From contig CANRBQ010000003.1 of assembly GCA_947628905.1 (NCBI GenBank), positions 336 through 64,335 of the forward strand: a DNA stretch of 64,000 bases, read 5' to 3'. Both the position numbers and the translations under genes were made by a program. Positions 29,123 through 38,057 of this stretch are shown in pieces (position 1 is the first letter of the stretch; each line of letters opens with the position of its first letter). This DNA comes from an uncultured Bacilli bacterium (GTDB lineage: Bacteria; Bacillota_I; Bacilli_A; RF39; UBA660). The notes below the pieces were generated by a model. That model ran no database searches. It saw only the letters and a program-made list of their open reading frames with translations, and was not told the origin of the DNA.

Positions 29123-30442
29123 ATGTTAATGGGCTTTAAAATTAAAAATTTCCGTTCTTTTAAAGATTTACAATACTTTTCTATGATATCAGGAAAAGTT
29201 AGAAATAATGAAAACCATATTATTATAAAAAATAATCATAAAATACTAAAATTTTCAGGAGTATTTGGGGCTAATGGCTCAGGTAAATCTAACTTAATAT
29301 TAGCTATGAGTATAGTCCAAGATATAATAAATAAAGGAATAAGCAATATTATTAATAACCAATATTATCGTGGTATAAATGAGAAAAAAGAAGAAAACTC
29401 TTACTTTGAATATGAATTAGCGATTGAAGATAAATTATATTCTTATGGTTTCGAAATAAATATATATAATAAAGAAATAATATCAGAATGGTTAATTGAT
29501 ATGACAAAAGCCAAAGAAAAAAATATATTTACTAGAGATATAAAGAAAAAAAATTATACTTCCGACATAATTAATAAAAAGTATTCTAACTATCAAAATT
29601 GCCTAGAAGAAATGCGTCAAAACAATCAAAATTTATTTTTAAGTGAAATGACTAGAAGATTAATAATGTCTAAAAACAAAGATATTTATTTTAGTGATAT
29701 ATTTAATGTATATAAATTTCTTACTCAAGATACTATTATTATAAGACCTTTTACTCATAAGCTTTTTGATATAGATTATATCAAAAACAAAGATAAAATA
29801 ATTAAAATATTAAATGCCCTAGATATAGACATAGTAGATTATATAACTGAAGAAAGTGATATAAAAAATATTAAATTAAAACTTTCGGATAATGAATATA
29901 ACAATTTAATTCATGATTTAGATGTTATATCTATGCAATATAAAAATGTAAGATATACTTTAAGAATAGATAATGATTTATATACAATTGAAAAGAATAA
30001 TAATAATTATAATATATTTACTTTAAAATTTTTACATAAAAATAACAATAATAGTTTTGGACCATATGAAGAATCTGATGGTACAACAAGAATATTAGAA
30101 TTAATAGATATACTACTTACCAAAAATAAATTATTTTTAATTGATGAGCTAGATAGTAGTTTACATCCTATTTTAGTAGAAGGATTATTAAAAATATTTT
30201 TAAACTCAACATCAACCAACCAATTAATAGTAACAACTCATGAATTACAAACTTTAGATTTTAATTTAGTTAGACGCGATGAAATATGGTTTGCTGAAAA
30301 AAGCGAAAAAGGAGACTCTAAATTATTTTCTCTTGAAGAATTTAAAGATATAGCTAGATTCGATCGCAAAATAGATAAAGCTTACTTGGAAGGGAGATTT
30401 GGGGCTATAGCCAAAATAAATACTTATTATGAGAATTACTGA
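29123..30442 (+). CDS. ABC-type (AAA_21/AAA_15-like) ATPase of an AbiL/PARIS-like defence pair
   Basis: FKIKNFRSFKD, Walker A GANGSGKSN, Walker B/D-loop LFLIDELDSSLHP, H-loop QLIVTTHE. GGAGAG RBS. Confidence 0.8.
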   Translation: MLMGFKIKNFRSFKDLQYFSMISGKVRNNENHIIIKNNHKILKFSGVFGANGSGKSNLILAMSIVQDIINKGISNIINNQYYRGINEKKEENSYFEYELAIEDKLYSYGFEINIYNKEIISEWLIDMTKAKEKNIFTRDIKKKNYTSDIINKKYSNYQNCLEEMRQNNQNLFLSEMTRRLIMSKNKDIYFSDIFNVYKFLTQDTIIIRPFTHKLFDIDYIKNKDKIIKILNALDIDIVDYITEESDIKNIKLKLSDNEYNNLIHDLDVISMQYKNVRYTLRIDNDLYTIEKNNNNYNIFTLKFLHKNNNNSFGPYEESDGTTRILELIDILLTKNKLFLIDELDSSLHPILVEGLLKIFLNSTSTNQLIVTTHELQTLDFNLVRRDEIWFAEKSEKGDSKLFSLEEFKDIARFDRKIDKAYLEGRFGAIAKINTYYENY

Positions 30443-31319
30443 TAAATTTGCCAAAGAAAGAAAAACAGAAATAAAAAACTACAAACCAAAATATTTTATT
30501 GCATCTGAAGGAAGTAATTCAGAACCTCTATATTTTGAAGGGTTAAGCAATTCAATTTTGTTTGAAAATATATCAATAATAAATATTTTAAGAGATTATG
30601 CCTACACTAGAAGCAGCCATCCAAGTTTTATTATAAATATGTTAAAAGAATTTATATTAAACGTAACTAATGATAAAATAACTGTTTTAGAATTGAAAAA
30701 TAAAATTGCCAATTGCATTTATGAAAATAGTTATAAAATAAAAATAGATGATATTTATGAAAAATTAATTAACATTTATAAAAAGGATAATTATGAAATA
30801 GAAAAAGAAAAACTAGATCAACTATTTTTAAATCTATTTAAAAGTGAAATATATAAAGATTTAGCAGAAAATTTTTCTTTATATTTTGCAAATCAAAACA
30901 TAACATATTCTAGTACAACTGATAAAATAAATATTGTTATTGATAGAGATAAACAAAATTTTAAGGATTATCAATATGATGAAGTAATAGATTTTTGCAA
31001 AGAAAATAATATAAACCTATATGTAAGTAATCCAACTTTTGAATTTTGGCTCTATCTTCATTTCCCAAATATTGAAAAAGATGATAAAACAAAAATGTAT
31101 GAAAATAAATATGTAACCAATACTAAAAGATATTTAGAAAAAAGATTATATGAAATATGTAAATATAAAAAGGAAAAATTAAACTTTAAAGATTTTGAAC
31201 CTTTTATAAAAGATGCTATTAAAAGAGAAAAAAACTATAAAGAAGATTTAAAAAGCTTAAAAAATGAACTAGGAAGCAATGTAGGAATACTTATAAATGA
31301 AATGCTTAAAAACGAGTAA
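30429..31319 (+). CDS. RloB-like (Toprim-related) protein, partner of the ATPase
   Basis: YFIASEGSNSEPLYFEGL (RloB N-terminal CEG..TE..YF pattern), IVIDRDKQ, SNPTFEFWLYLHF (RloB SNPCFE.W.LLHF pattern). Overlaps the ATPase gene by 14 nt. Confidence 0.8.
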   Translation: MRITDKFAKERKTEIKNYKPKYFIASEGSNSEPLYFEGLSNSILFENISIINILRDYAYTRSSHPSFIINMLKEFILNVTNDKITVLELKNKIANCIYENSYKIKIDDIYEKLINIYKKDNYEIEKEKLDQLFLNLFKSEIYKDLAENFSLYFANQNITYSSTTDKINIVIDRDKQNFKDYQYDEVIDFCKENNINLYVSNPTFEFWLYLHFPNIEKDDKTKMYENKYVTNTKRYLEKRLYEICKYKKEKLNFKDFEPFIKDAIKREKNYKEDLKSLKNELGSNVGILINEMLKNE

Positions 31320-31357
31320 CAATAAAGTTATTCGTTTTATTTTAAAAATAAAAAATA

Positions 31358-33388
31358 CTAATCAACAATAACTTGATTAGTATCTTCATTAGTATCATCT
31401 TGATTATTATAGCCTAATCCTGGGAATATAGTATCAAGAGCATCATCCATATTATCACTACTATTATCTAAATCATTCTGTGTATCCTCATTTTCATTAT
31501 TATCCTCGTTATCCTGATTATTTGTTTCGCTATTATTAGTACTACTATTACTATTAACATAAACAGTTAATTCAGTTACATTGTTGATAAGCATGCCATT
31601 ACTAACACTTTGATTAGCAATCATTCCCGGCATAACACTAGGATTATAAAATTCACTATCACTGTCAACAAATTCAACACTTATATCTACATTATTATTA
31701 AGTCCCCAATTTTCTGCTTCATTAACCGCTAAACCAACAAAATTAGGCATTGTAACTAATCTATCTCCTGTTGTAATTCCTTGACCTGTAACTTTCTTAG
31801 TATATTCTTCATTTGCATCAAAACTAAATGTTTTAATCATTTCTTTTTCTTCTAACTCTAAATTTGCTTTCATTAAATTAACAATAGCTTCTAAAGATCC
31901 TGGATAATAACCAATCGCTGATAAAAGAAGTCCATCATTGCTCATTCTAACAGGTAAATTATAATATTCTAAATATGTTTTTTCAATTGTTAAGAAATCT
32001 CCATCTTTTAAAGTTTTAACTACCATATCTTTTAATACATCGTAGAAAGAGAATATTTGCTTTTTAGCCATATTTGTATCTATATTATTAGTAACAGCTT
32101 CCAATATTTCCTTTAATTTTCCAATATTATCAGGACTCGCAGCCTTTTTAGCTAAAGCTTCCAATATCTGTTGTTGATGTTTATTTCTAGCTATATCACT
32201 CATTAAATAAGCATGTCTACACCTTGCATACGCTAGAGCTTGTTCCCCATTTAATGTCTGTACTCCTGTATCCATACAAATTAAATGATTACCAAATTGT
32301 CTTAATGAATCTTGTTCACAAACTCTACCATTATAAGTATTATAATAAGATTGATAATCAGGCACTTCTACATCAACTGTAACTCCCCCTAAAGCTTCAA
32401 CTAAATCAACAACACCCTTAAAATTAATTTTAACATAATAATCTATATCTATATCTGTTAATTGTTCTATTGTATTTATAACACAACTAGTTCCATAAGC
32501 TGCTGAAGAATTAATTTTTGCATATCTATTATGATTACACGCAATAGGTACATAAGTATCTCTAGGAATAGAAAACATTGTTGCATTTAAAGTTTTAGGA
32601 TTAAAAGTAATTAACATTAAAGTATCTCCATTAAATGATGTACTTGCATCTATTCCATCAGCCTCACTATCAACTCCCATAAGAAGTATAGTAAAAGGTT
32701 CAGTTAAACTTTTATTACCCACTAATTTAGTATCTTCATTAATTAATTTTTTACTATAACTATATAATATTTCTGCATCTTTTAAACCTTCAAATTCTTC
32801 TGCTGTAAATATCTTTAAATGATTAGTAGTTAAAAATATACCATCAACTTTTTTACTTAATAAAGCATCTATTAAATCATAATAACTACTATATTCTAAA
32901 AGTTCATTATTATCTAATTTCTCTTGTTTAATTAATTCTTTAGCAAGCTCATTTTCATTATTATCTTGACTACTATCAATTATTCCTAAAACACTATCTT
33001 TAGTTATTTTAGTATCTTTTAAAACTACTAAATTAGAAGTATAAGTTAAATATTCTTTTTCTGCCAAATTATCTAAATTAGAATTAACCATTCCTAAATA
33101 ATAACCAACAAAACCTAAACCAACTGCTAAAATAATTGTTATCGCCGTTATTATAGATAAAGTAATATGTTTTTTTAAAATTAAATTAACAAGCCCCCAT
33201 ATAAAATAAACTATAAACCAAATTAATAAAACAAATGCTCCTATAAGTCTTATAATTGTTTCTACATCTATTCCAATTAAATTTTTTAAAAACAATACAT
33301 AACATCCAGCATATAAAATAAATGCTAATACATATATACACAAGAATATTTTATTCACTTTTTTAATTTTACTAAATAATACTTTCAT
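31358..33388 (-). CDS. LytR-CpsA-Psr (LCP) family wall-polymer transferase with multi-TM N-terminus and PASTA-like C-terminal domain
   Basis: FTILLMGVDSE..GDTLMLITFNP..ATMFSIPRDTYVPI is the LCP core. The C-terminal tail is N/D/E-rich and low in complexity. Confidence 0.85.
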   Translation of the reverse strand: MKVLFSKIKKVNKIFLCIYVLAFILYAGCYVLFLKNLIGIDVETIIRLIGAFVLLIWFIVYFIWGLVNLILKKHITLSIITAITIILAVGLGFVGYYLGMVNSNLDNLAEKEYLTYTSNLVVLKDTKITKDSVLGIIDSSQDNNENELAKELIKQEKLDNNELLEYSSYYDLIDALLSKKVDGIFLTTNHLKIFTAEEFEGLKDAEILYSYSKKLINEDTKLVGNKSLTEPFTILLMGVDSEADGIDASTSFNGDTLMLITFNPKTLNATMFSIPRDTYVPIACNHNRYAKINSSAAYGTSCVINTIEQLTDIDIDYYVKINFKGVVDLVEALGGVTVDVEVPDYQSYYNTYNGRVCEQDSLRQFGNHLICMDTGVQTLNGEQALAYARCRHAYLMSDIARNKHQQQILEALAKKAASPDNIGKLKEILEAVTNNIDTNMAKKQIFSFYDVLKDMVVKTLKDGDFLTIEKTYLEYYNLPVRMSNDGLLLSAIGYYPGSLEAIVNLMKANLELEEKEMIKTFSFDANEEYTKKVTGQGITTGDRLVTMPNFVGLAVNEAENWGLNNNVDISVEFVDSDSEFYNPSVMPGMIANQSVSNGMLINNVTELTVYVNSNSSTNNSETNNQDNEDNNENEDTQNDLDNSSDNMDDALDTIFPGLGYNNQDDTNEDTNQVIVD

Positions 33389-33555
33389 ATTTCAACCCTA
33401 TTCTTTATGCTCATATTCTATATTATATAATATATTATAACCACTTTCAATTATTTTTTACATATACTGTCAATATTCGACAAAAATATTACAAATATAT
33501 TGAGCTATAACTAAAAATATTATATAATAATTACGAATATATTATGGAGGCTAGT

Positions 33556-35286
33556 ATGAAACTAAAATTAAAATATATATTTTTTTTCTTACTTATTATA
33601 AATTATACCATACCTGTTTATGCTGCCTCTAGATATGCAGTATTATTAGATGCTGTTAATATTAGAAGTGGTCCAGGTACTAATTATAGTCGTTATGAAT
33701 TAGGTAAAATTGGTAGTTCATATAATTTAAAAAATAATAATATTGTTGCCGATTCTAATCACAATGGTACATGTGATGCTGGTTGGTATGAAATAGATTA
33801 CAATGGAAAAAGTGCTTATGTATGTAGTGATTATGCCCGTATATATGAAGAAGGGGAAGATGAAAAAACAAATCCAACAACTGCTTGTGAAGCTGAGTTA
33901 AAAGCGGAAGGATTTCCTGCTAGTTATTGGACAGGTTTATGTAATTTAAAAGCTAAACATCCTAGTTGGACATTTAAAGCTATTAAAACTAATCTTGATT
34001 GGGCAAGTGCAGTAGATAAAGAAAGTGCCTGTGGTATCAATTTAGTTCAAACAAATAATAGTGAGTATATTGATAAAAGTTGTAATCATGGCTATTCTAA
34101 TTGGAAAGCTCCTTCTCAAAAAGCTTTAGCATTCTATATGGATCCCCGTAATTTTTTAACTGAACAATATATATTTCAATTTGAATATTTAAAATATGAT
34201 AATAGCATTGCTAGTTCTTATCCTAGTTCTATAGCTAATATAATAAAAAACGCATCATTTTATAGTTATCATGCTAATCGGGGATTAAATCTTGAAAATA
34301 CTATCAGTGAAGCTGGAAGAGTAGCTAATGTAAATCCTGTATTTTTAGCATCACGTATGCTTCAAGAATTAGGAACATCAACAACGCTTTATAATCTTTA
34401 CAGTGGAGCTTATACAGGTAATTCTTCTTGGACCGGCTATTATAATTTTTATAATATAGGAGTTTATGATAGTTGTGCTACAGCATCAGGTGGTACTACT
34501 AAATGTGGATTAGAATATGCTGTTAAAATGGGTTGGAATAGTCCATATAATGCTATTAAAGGTGGCGCAGATTTTCTATCTCAAGGATATATTGCTAAAG
34601 GCCAATATACAACTTATCTTCAAAAATATAATGTTATCCCAACTGAAGCTAATAAATTATTTGCTCATCAATACATGGAAAACATTGCCGCACCATCAAG
34701 CGAAGCTGGTTTAACTTATAACGCTTATAAAAAACTAAATATGTTAGAAACTGCTTTTGCCTTCTATATTCCTGTTTATACTAATATGAGTGCAAGTATT
34801 GTTAATAGCAGTAATGGAGCATCAGGAGAAGCAACTTCAAGCCCATCCTCTGATTCTCTAACTAATATTATTTCTAATGCTGGATATAAATCTACTGGTG
34901 ACTATTTAACTAGTATATTGCCTGGCAGTGATATAAATGTTTTAAAAGCCAACTTAGAATCTAGTGCAGGTAGTGGAAATGTAACTATTACCAATGCTAA
35001 TGGTGCTGAAATAACTAAAGGAACAATTGGTACAGGTTGTAAAGTTACTATTAAAAATATCAATGAGCAAAAAACTTTTCAAATAGTTATAAAAGGTGAT
35101 ACCTCAGGAGATGGAGTAGTTAATGCTTTAGATTTATTACAAATTCAAAAAAGTATTTTAGGTACTTATAATTTAAATGGTGCCTATGGTAAAGCCGCAG
35201 ATCCATCAAATGATAATAAAATAAATGCTTTAGATTTATTACAAGTTCAAAAAAATATTTTAGGCACTTACAATATAGTTCAATAG
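33556..35286 (+). CDS. Secreted SH3b + GH73-type N-acetylglucosaminidase with C-terminal type-I dockerin
   Basis: Signal peptide. SH3b VNIRSGPGTNY..GWYEIDYNGKSAYV. Glucosaminidase core NPVFLASRMLQELG. Dockerin repeats GDTSGDGVVNALDLLQIQKSILG and DPSNDNKINALDLLQVQKNILG. Confidence 0.75.
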   Translation: MKLKLKYIFFFLLIINYTIPVYAASRYAVLLDAVNIRSGPGTNYSRYELGKIGSSYNLKNNNIVADSNHNGTCDAGWYEIDYNGKSAYVCSDYARIYEEGEDEKTNPTTACEAELKAEGFPASYWTGLCNLKAKHPSWTFKAIKTNLDWASAVDKESACGINLVQTNNSEYIDKSCNHGYSNWKAPSQKALAFYMDPRNFLTEQYIFQFEYLKYDNSIASSYPSSIANIIKNASFYSYHANRGLNLENTISEAGRVANVNPVFLASRMLQELGTSTTLYNLYSGAYTGNSSWTGYYNFYNIGVYDSCATASGGTTKCGLEYAVKMGWNSPYNAIKGGADFLSQGYIAKGQYTTYLQKYNVIPTEANKLFAHQYMENIAAPSSEAGLTYNAYKKLNMLETAFAFYIPVYTNMSASIVNSSNGASGEATSSPSSDSLTNIISNAGYKSTGDYLTSILPGSDINVLKANLESSAGSGNVTITNANGAEITKGTIGTGCKVTIKNINEQKTFQIVIKGDTSGDGVVNALDLLQIQKSILGTYNLNGAYGKAADPSNDNKINALDLLQVQKNILGTYNIVQ

Positions 35287-35295
35287 GAGGTAAAA

Positions 35296-36906
35296 ATGAA
35301 AAGAATTAAAATATTATTAGTTTCCCTTATAAGTTTATTTCTAATGCCCAATTTAGTAAACGCCGCCAGTGGTTCAATAAGTGTTACAGGTTCATCTACT
35401 GCAGTTCAAAACAATCGCCTACAAATAAATGTTACAATATCTAGTAATACAGCAATAGGTAGTTGGCAAATGGATTTAAATTATGATAAATCTTTTCTCC
35501 AATTAGTAAGTTCTTCTGCCGAAGCTGGAGGAACCAGAATGGCTGGATATGCTGCCAATGGAACCAGAAGTAAAACATATACTTTTGCCTTTAAAGCTTT
35601 AAAAACTGGCAACACTCGTGTATCAGTTAGTAGTTATCTTGCTTATGCTTTTAATGATTTAAGTGAAATGAATTTAACATCATCAAATAAAACTATTAAA
35701 ATTATGACTCAAAAAGAATTAGAAGCTACTTATAGTAAAGATAATACTTTAAAAAGTTTAACAGTTGAAGGGTATGAATTAGATAAAGAATTTAATAAAG
35801 ATACTTTAGAATATACTGTAAATGTTCCTACTGGAACAACAAGTGTTAAAATTAATGCTGCTGCTAATGATGCCAACGCTACTATAAATGGAGGAGGAGA
35901 ATTAGAAGTAACAGAAGGCTTAAATGTTATTTCTATTGTTGTAACAGCTCAAAATGGTGATCAAAAAACATATAATGTTACAGTTAATGTTGAAGATCAG
36001 AATCCTATAAATGTAAAATTAAATAACAAAGAATATGTTGTTGTTAAAAATGCCACTTTACTAACAGCTCCTGCCACTTTCACTGAAACTAAAATAAATA
36101 TTGGTGAATTTGAAATTCCTGCTTTTACCAATAATACTGCTAATATAACATTAGTAGGACTAAAAGATGAAACAGGAAATATAATATATGCAGAATATGA
36201 AAATAATAAATATATGGTTTATAATGAATTAAATTTAAAAACATATTTATTAGTACCAGCTCCATTTAAAGAAGAATTAAATCTAAATAAAACTACAGTA
36301 ACTATAAATAATTTAAAATATGATGCTTATAAATATAGTGACAAAAGTAATTATGTTATTATTAGTGCTAAAAGTTTAGAAACTGGTAAAATTGATAATT
36401 ATATATATGATACTATAAATAAAACAGCTTCATTATATGATGATACTTATATTAATGAAACAAATGAAACAATTCTTAACTATACCTATATTATTATTGC
36501 ATTTGCTATTGGTTTATTTTTAAGTGTAATTGTAATTATCATTCTTCTTCATAATATTAAGAAAAAACAAAAGAAAATTAATAAATTTGTTCAAAAACAA
36601 GAAGCTAAAATTGAAGCAACTAGAAAACTAAATGATGTTGTATCAGAAGTTAAAAAAATACAAGAGCAAGAAAAACATGTTGTAAAACAAGACACAACAG
36701 AACTTAATGTTAAAAAGAAAACAGAAAAAGATAATAAAACTAAAGAAATAAAAATTAATGAAATAAAGATTGAAGATTCTAAAAATAATCAAGAAGAAAA
36801 AATAGAAAATAAACCTGAAGAAAAGAAAACTAATTTAGAAGAAACTGAAGTATATGATCTTTTTGCAGATGATAATAAAAAGAAAAAGAAAAAAAAGAAA
36901 AAATAA
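35296..36906 (+). CDS. Membrane-anchored cohesin-like + cadherin-like beta-sandwich protein with K/E-rich cytoplasmic tail
   Basis: Signal peptide. Cohesin-like SISVTGSS..LQINVTISSNTAIGSWQMDLNYDKSFLQLVS. Cadherin-like DNTLKSLTVEGYELDKEFNKDTLEYTVNVP. TM segment IIIAFAIGLFLSVIVIIILL. The tail ends in ten Lys residues. Confidence 0.6.
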   Translation: MKRIKILLVSLISLFLMPNLVNAASGSISVTGSSTAVQNNRLQINVTISSNTAIGSWQMDLNYDKSFLQLVSSSAEAGGTRMAGYAANGTRSKTYTFAFKALKTGNTRVSVSSYLAYAFNDLSEMNLTSSNKTIKIMTQKELEATYSKDNTLKSLTVEGYELDKEFNKDTLEYTVNVPTGTTSVKINAAANDANATINGGGELEVTEGLNVISIVVTAQNGDQKTYNVTVNVEDQNPINVKLNNKEYVVVKNATLLTAPATFTETKINIGEFEIPAFTNNTANITLVGLKDETGNIIYAEYENNKYMVYNELNLKTYLLVPAPFKEELNLNKTTVTINNLKYDAYKYSDKSNYVIISAKSLETGKIDNYIYDTINKTASLYDDTYINETNETILNYTYIIIAFAIGLFLSVIVIIILLHNIKKKQKKINKFVQKQEAKIEATRKLNDVVSEVKKIQEQEKHVVKQDTTELNVKKKTEKDNKTKEIKINEIKIEDSKNNQEEKIENKPEEKKTNLEETEVYDLFADDNKKKKKKKKK

Positions 36907-36941
36907 AAAAGTATTGGCCAAAAACAATACTTTTTATATAC

Positions 36942-37751
36942 TTAAATAACTCTTCCTTTATTTATATCATTATATAAGTTAGTATATTTTCCTTTACTAT
37001 ATATATAAATTAAATAAATAAAACCAATAATAAAGAGTAAAGCTGAAATAATTTGTGCTACTTTAAACCCCCCAAGCATTAAAGAATCAGTTCTCCAAGC
37101 CTCAATAAAAAACCTTCCAAAGCTATACCACATTAAATATAAAGAACTAATAGTACCTACTTTAACATACTTAAATCTTCTAACTATTAATATAATCAAA
37201 AAGCCTAATAAACACCATAAAAATTCAAAATAAAATGTTGGTAAATAATAAATACCCCCTATGTGCATTCCTTTAATAATAAACTCTGGAACATGTAAAT
37301 TCTTTAAATAAACATATGTAGTTGCAAATCCATGAGCTTCACTATTAAAGAAATTTCCCCATCTTCCTATTGCTTGCCCCAAAATAACTGCCGGAGCTAA
37401 AATATCTAATATTCTAACAAAATTTATATGTTTATTTTTACAATATAAATATATAGTTATTGCTCCAAATATTAAACCACCATGAATAGCTAAACCACCA
37501 TTCCATATTTGAAATATCTCTAATAAATTATATCTATAATAATGAATATTAAAAAGTACATAATAAATTCTAGCTCCAATAATACCCACTACAATAGCAT
37601 AAAAACACATATTAAAAATATCATTTTTATCTAAATTAAATTTCTTAGCTTCTTTACTAACTAAAAATAATCCCAAAAGTATCCCCACCAAAATTAAAAA
37701 AGAATACCACTTAATTTCTAAACCAAATAAATTAATCATAATTGGATTCAT
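36942..37751 (-). CDS. lgt: Prolipoprotein diacylglyceryl transferase
   Basis: GGLAIHGG, GQAIGRWGNFFNSEAHG, polytopic membrane protein of 269 aa. Confidence 0.9.
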   Translation of the reverse strand: MNPIMINLFGLEIKWYSFLILVGILLGLFLVSKEAKKFNLDKNDIFNMCFYAIVVGIIGARIYYVLFNIHYYRYNLLEIFQIWNGGLAIHGGLIFGAITIYLYCKNKHINFVRILDILAPAVILGQAIGRWGNFFNSEAHGFATTYVYLKNLHVPEFIIKGMHIGGIYYLPTFYFEFLWCLLGFLIILIVRRFKYVKVGTISSLYLMWYSFGRFFIEAWRTDSLMLGGFKVAQIISALLFIIGFIYLIYIYSKGKYTNLYNDINKGRVI

Positions 37752-37874
37752 TTTAATCCTCTCCTATATAATTAACATTATACTATAAAATTGACACTAA
37801 AAGCTACTCAAAATTAATGAAATAAAAATAAATACTTGATTTTTATGAAAATATTTGATATTCTACTATTACAT

Positions 37875-37951
37875 GGCGGAATTGGTGAAGCGGTTAACAC
37901 GGTAGATTGTGGCTCTATTATGCAAGGGTTCGAATCCCTTATTTCGCCCCA
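37875..37951 (+). tRNA. tRNA-His (anticodon GTG) with encoded G-1 and CCA
   Basis: Acceptor stem GCGGAAT/ATTTCGC. Anticodon stem GTAGA/TCTAT with loop TTGTGGC. T arm AAGGG-TTCGAATC-CCCTT. An extra 5' G opposite discriminator C is the tRNA-His hallmark. Confidence 0.9.
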
Positions 37952-37962
37952 TTCATAAAAAC

Positions 37963-37991
37963 AACTAGAATTATAAAAAATTCTAGTTTTT
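37963..37991 (+). terminator. Intrinsic terminator after tRNA-His
   Basis: AACTAGAATT / AATTCTAGTT 10-bp stem followed by a T-run. Confidence 0.75.
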
Positions 37992-38057
37992 AACTGTCTA
38001 AAAATTATATAGAATTATTAAATCATATCTGTTATAATACAAAGAAGGAGTGTTTCT

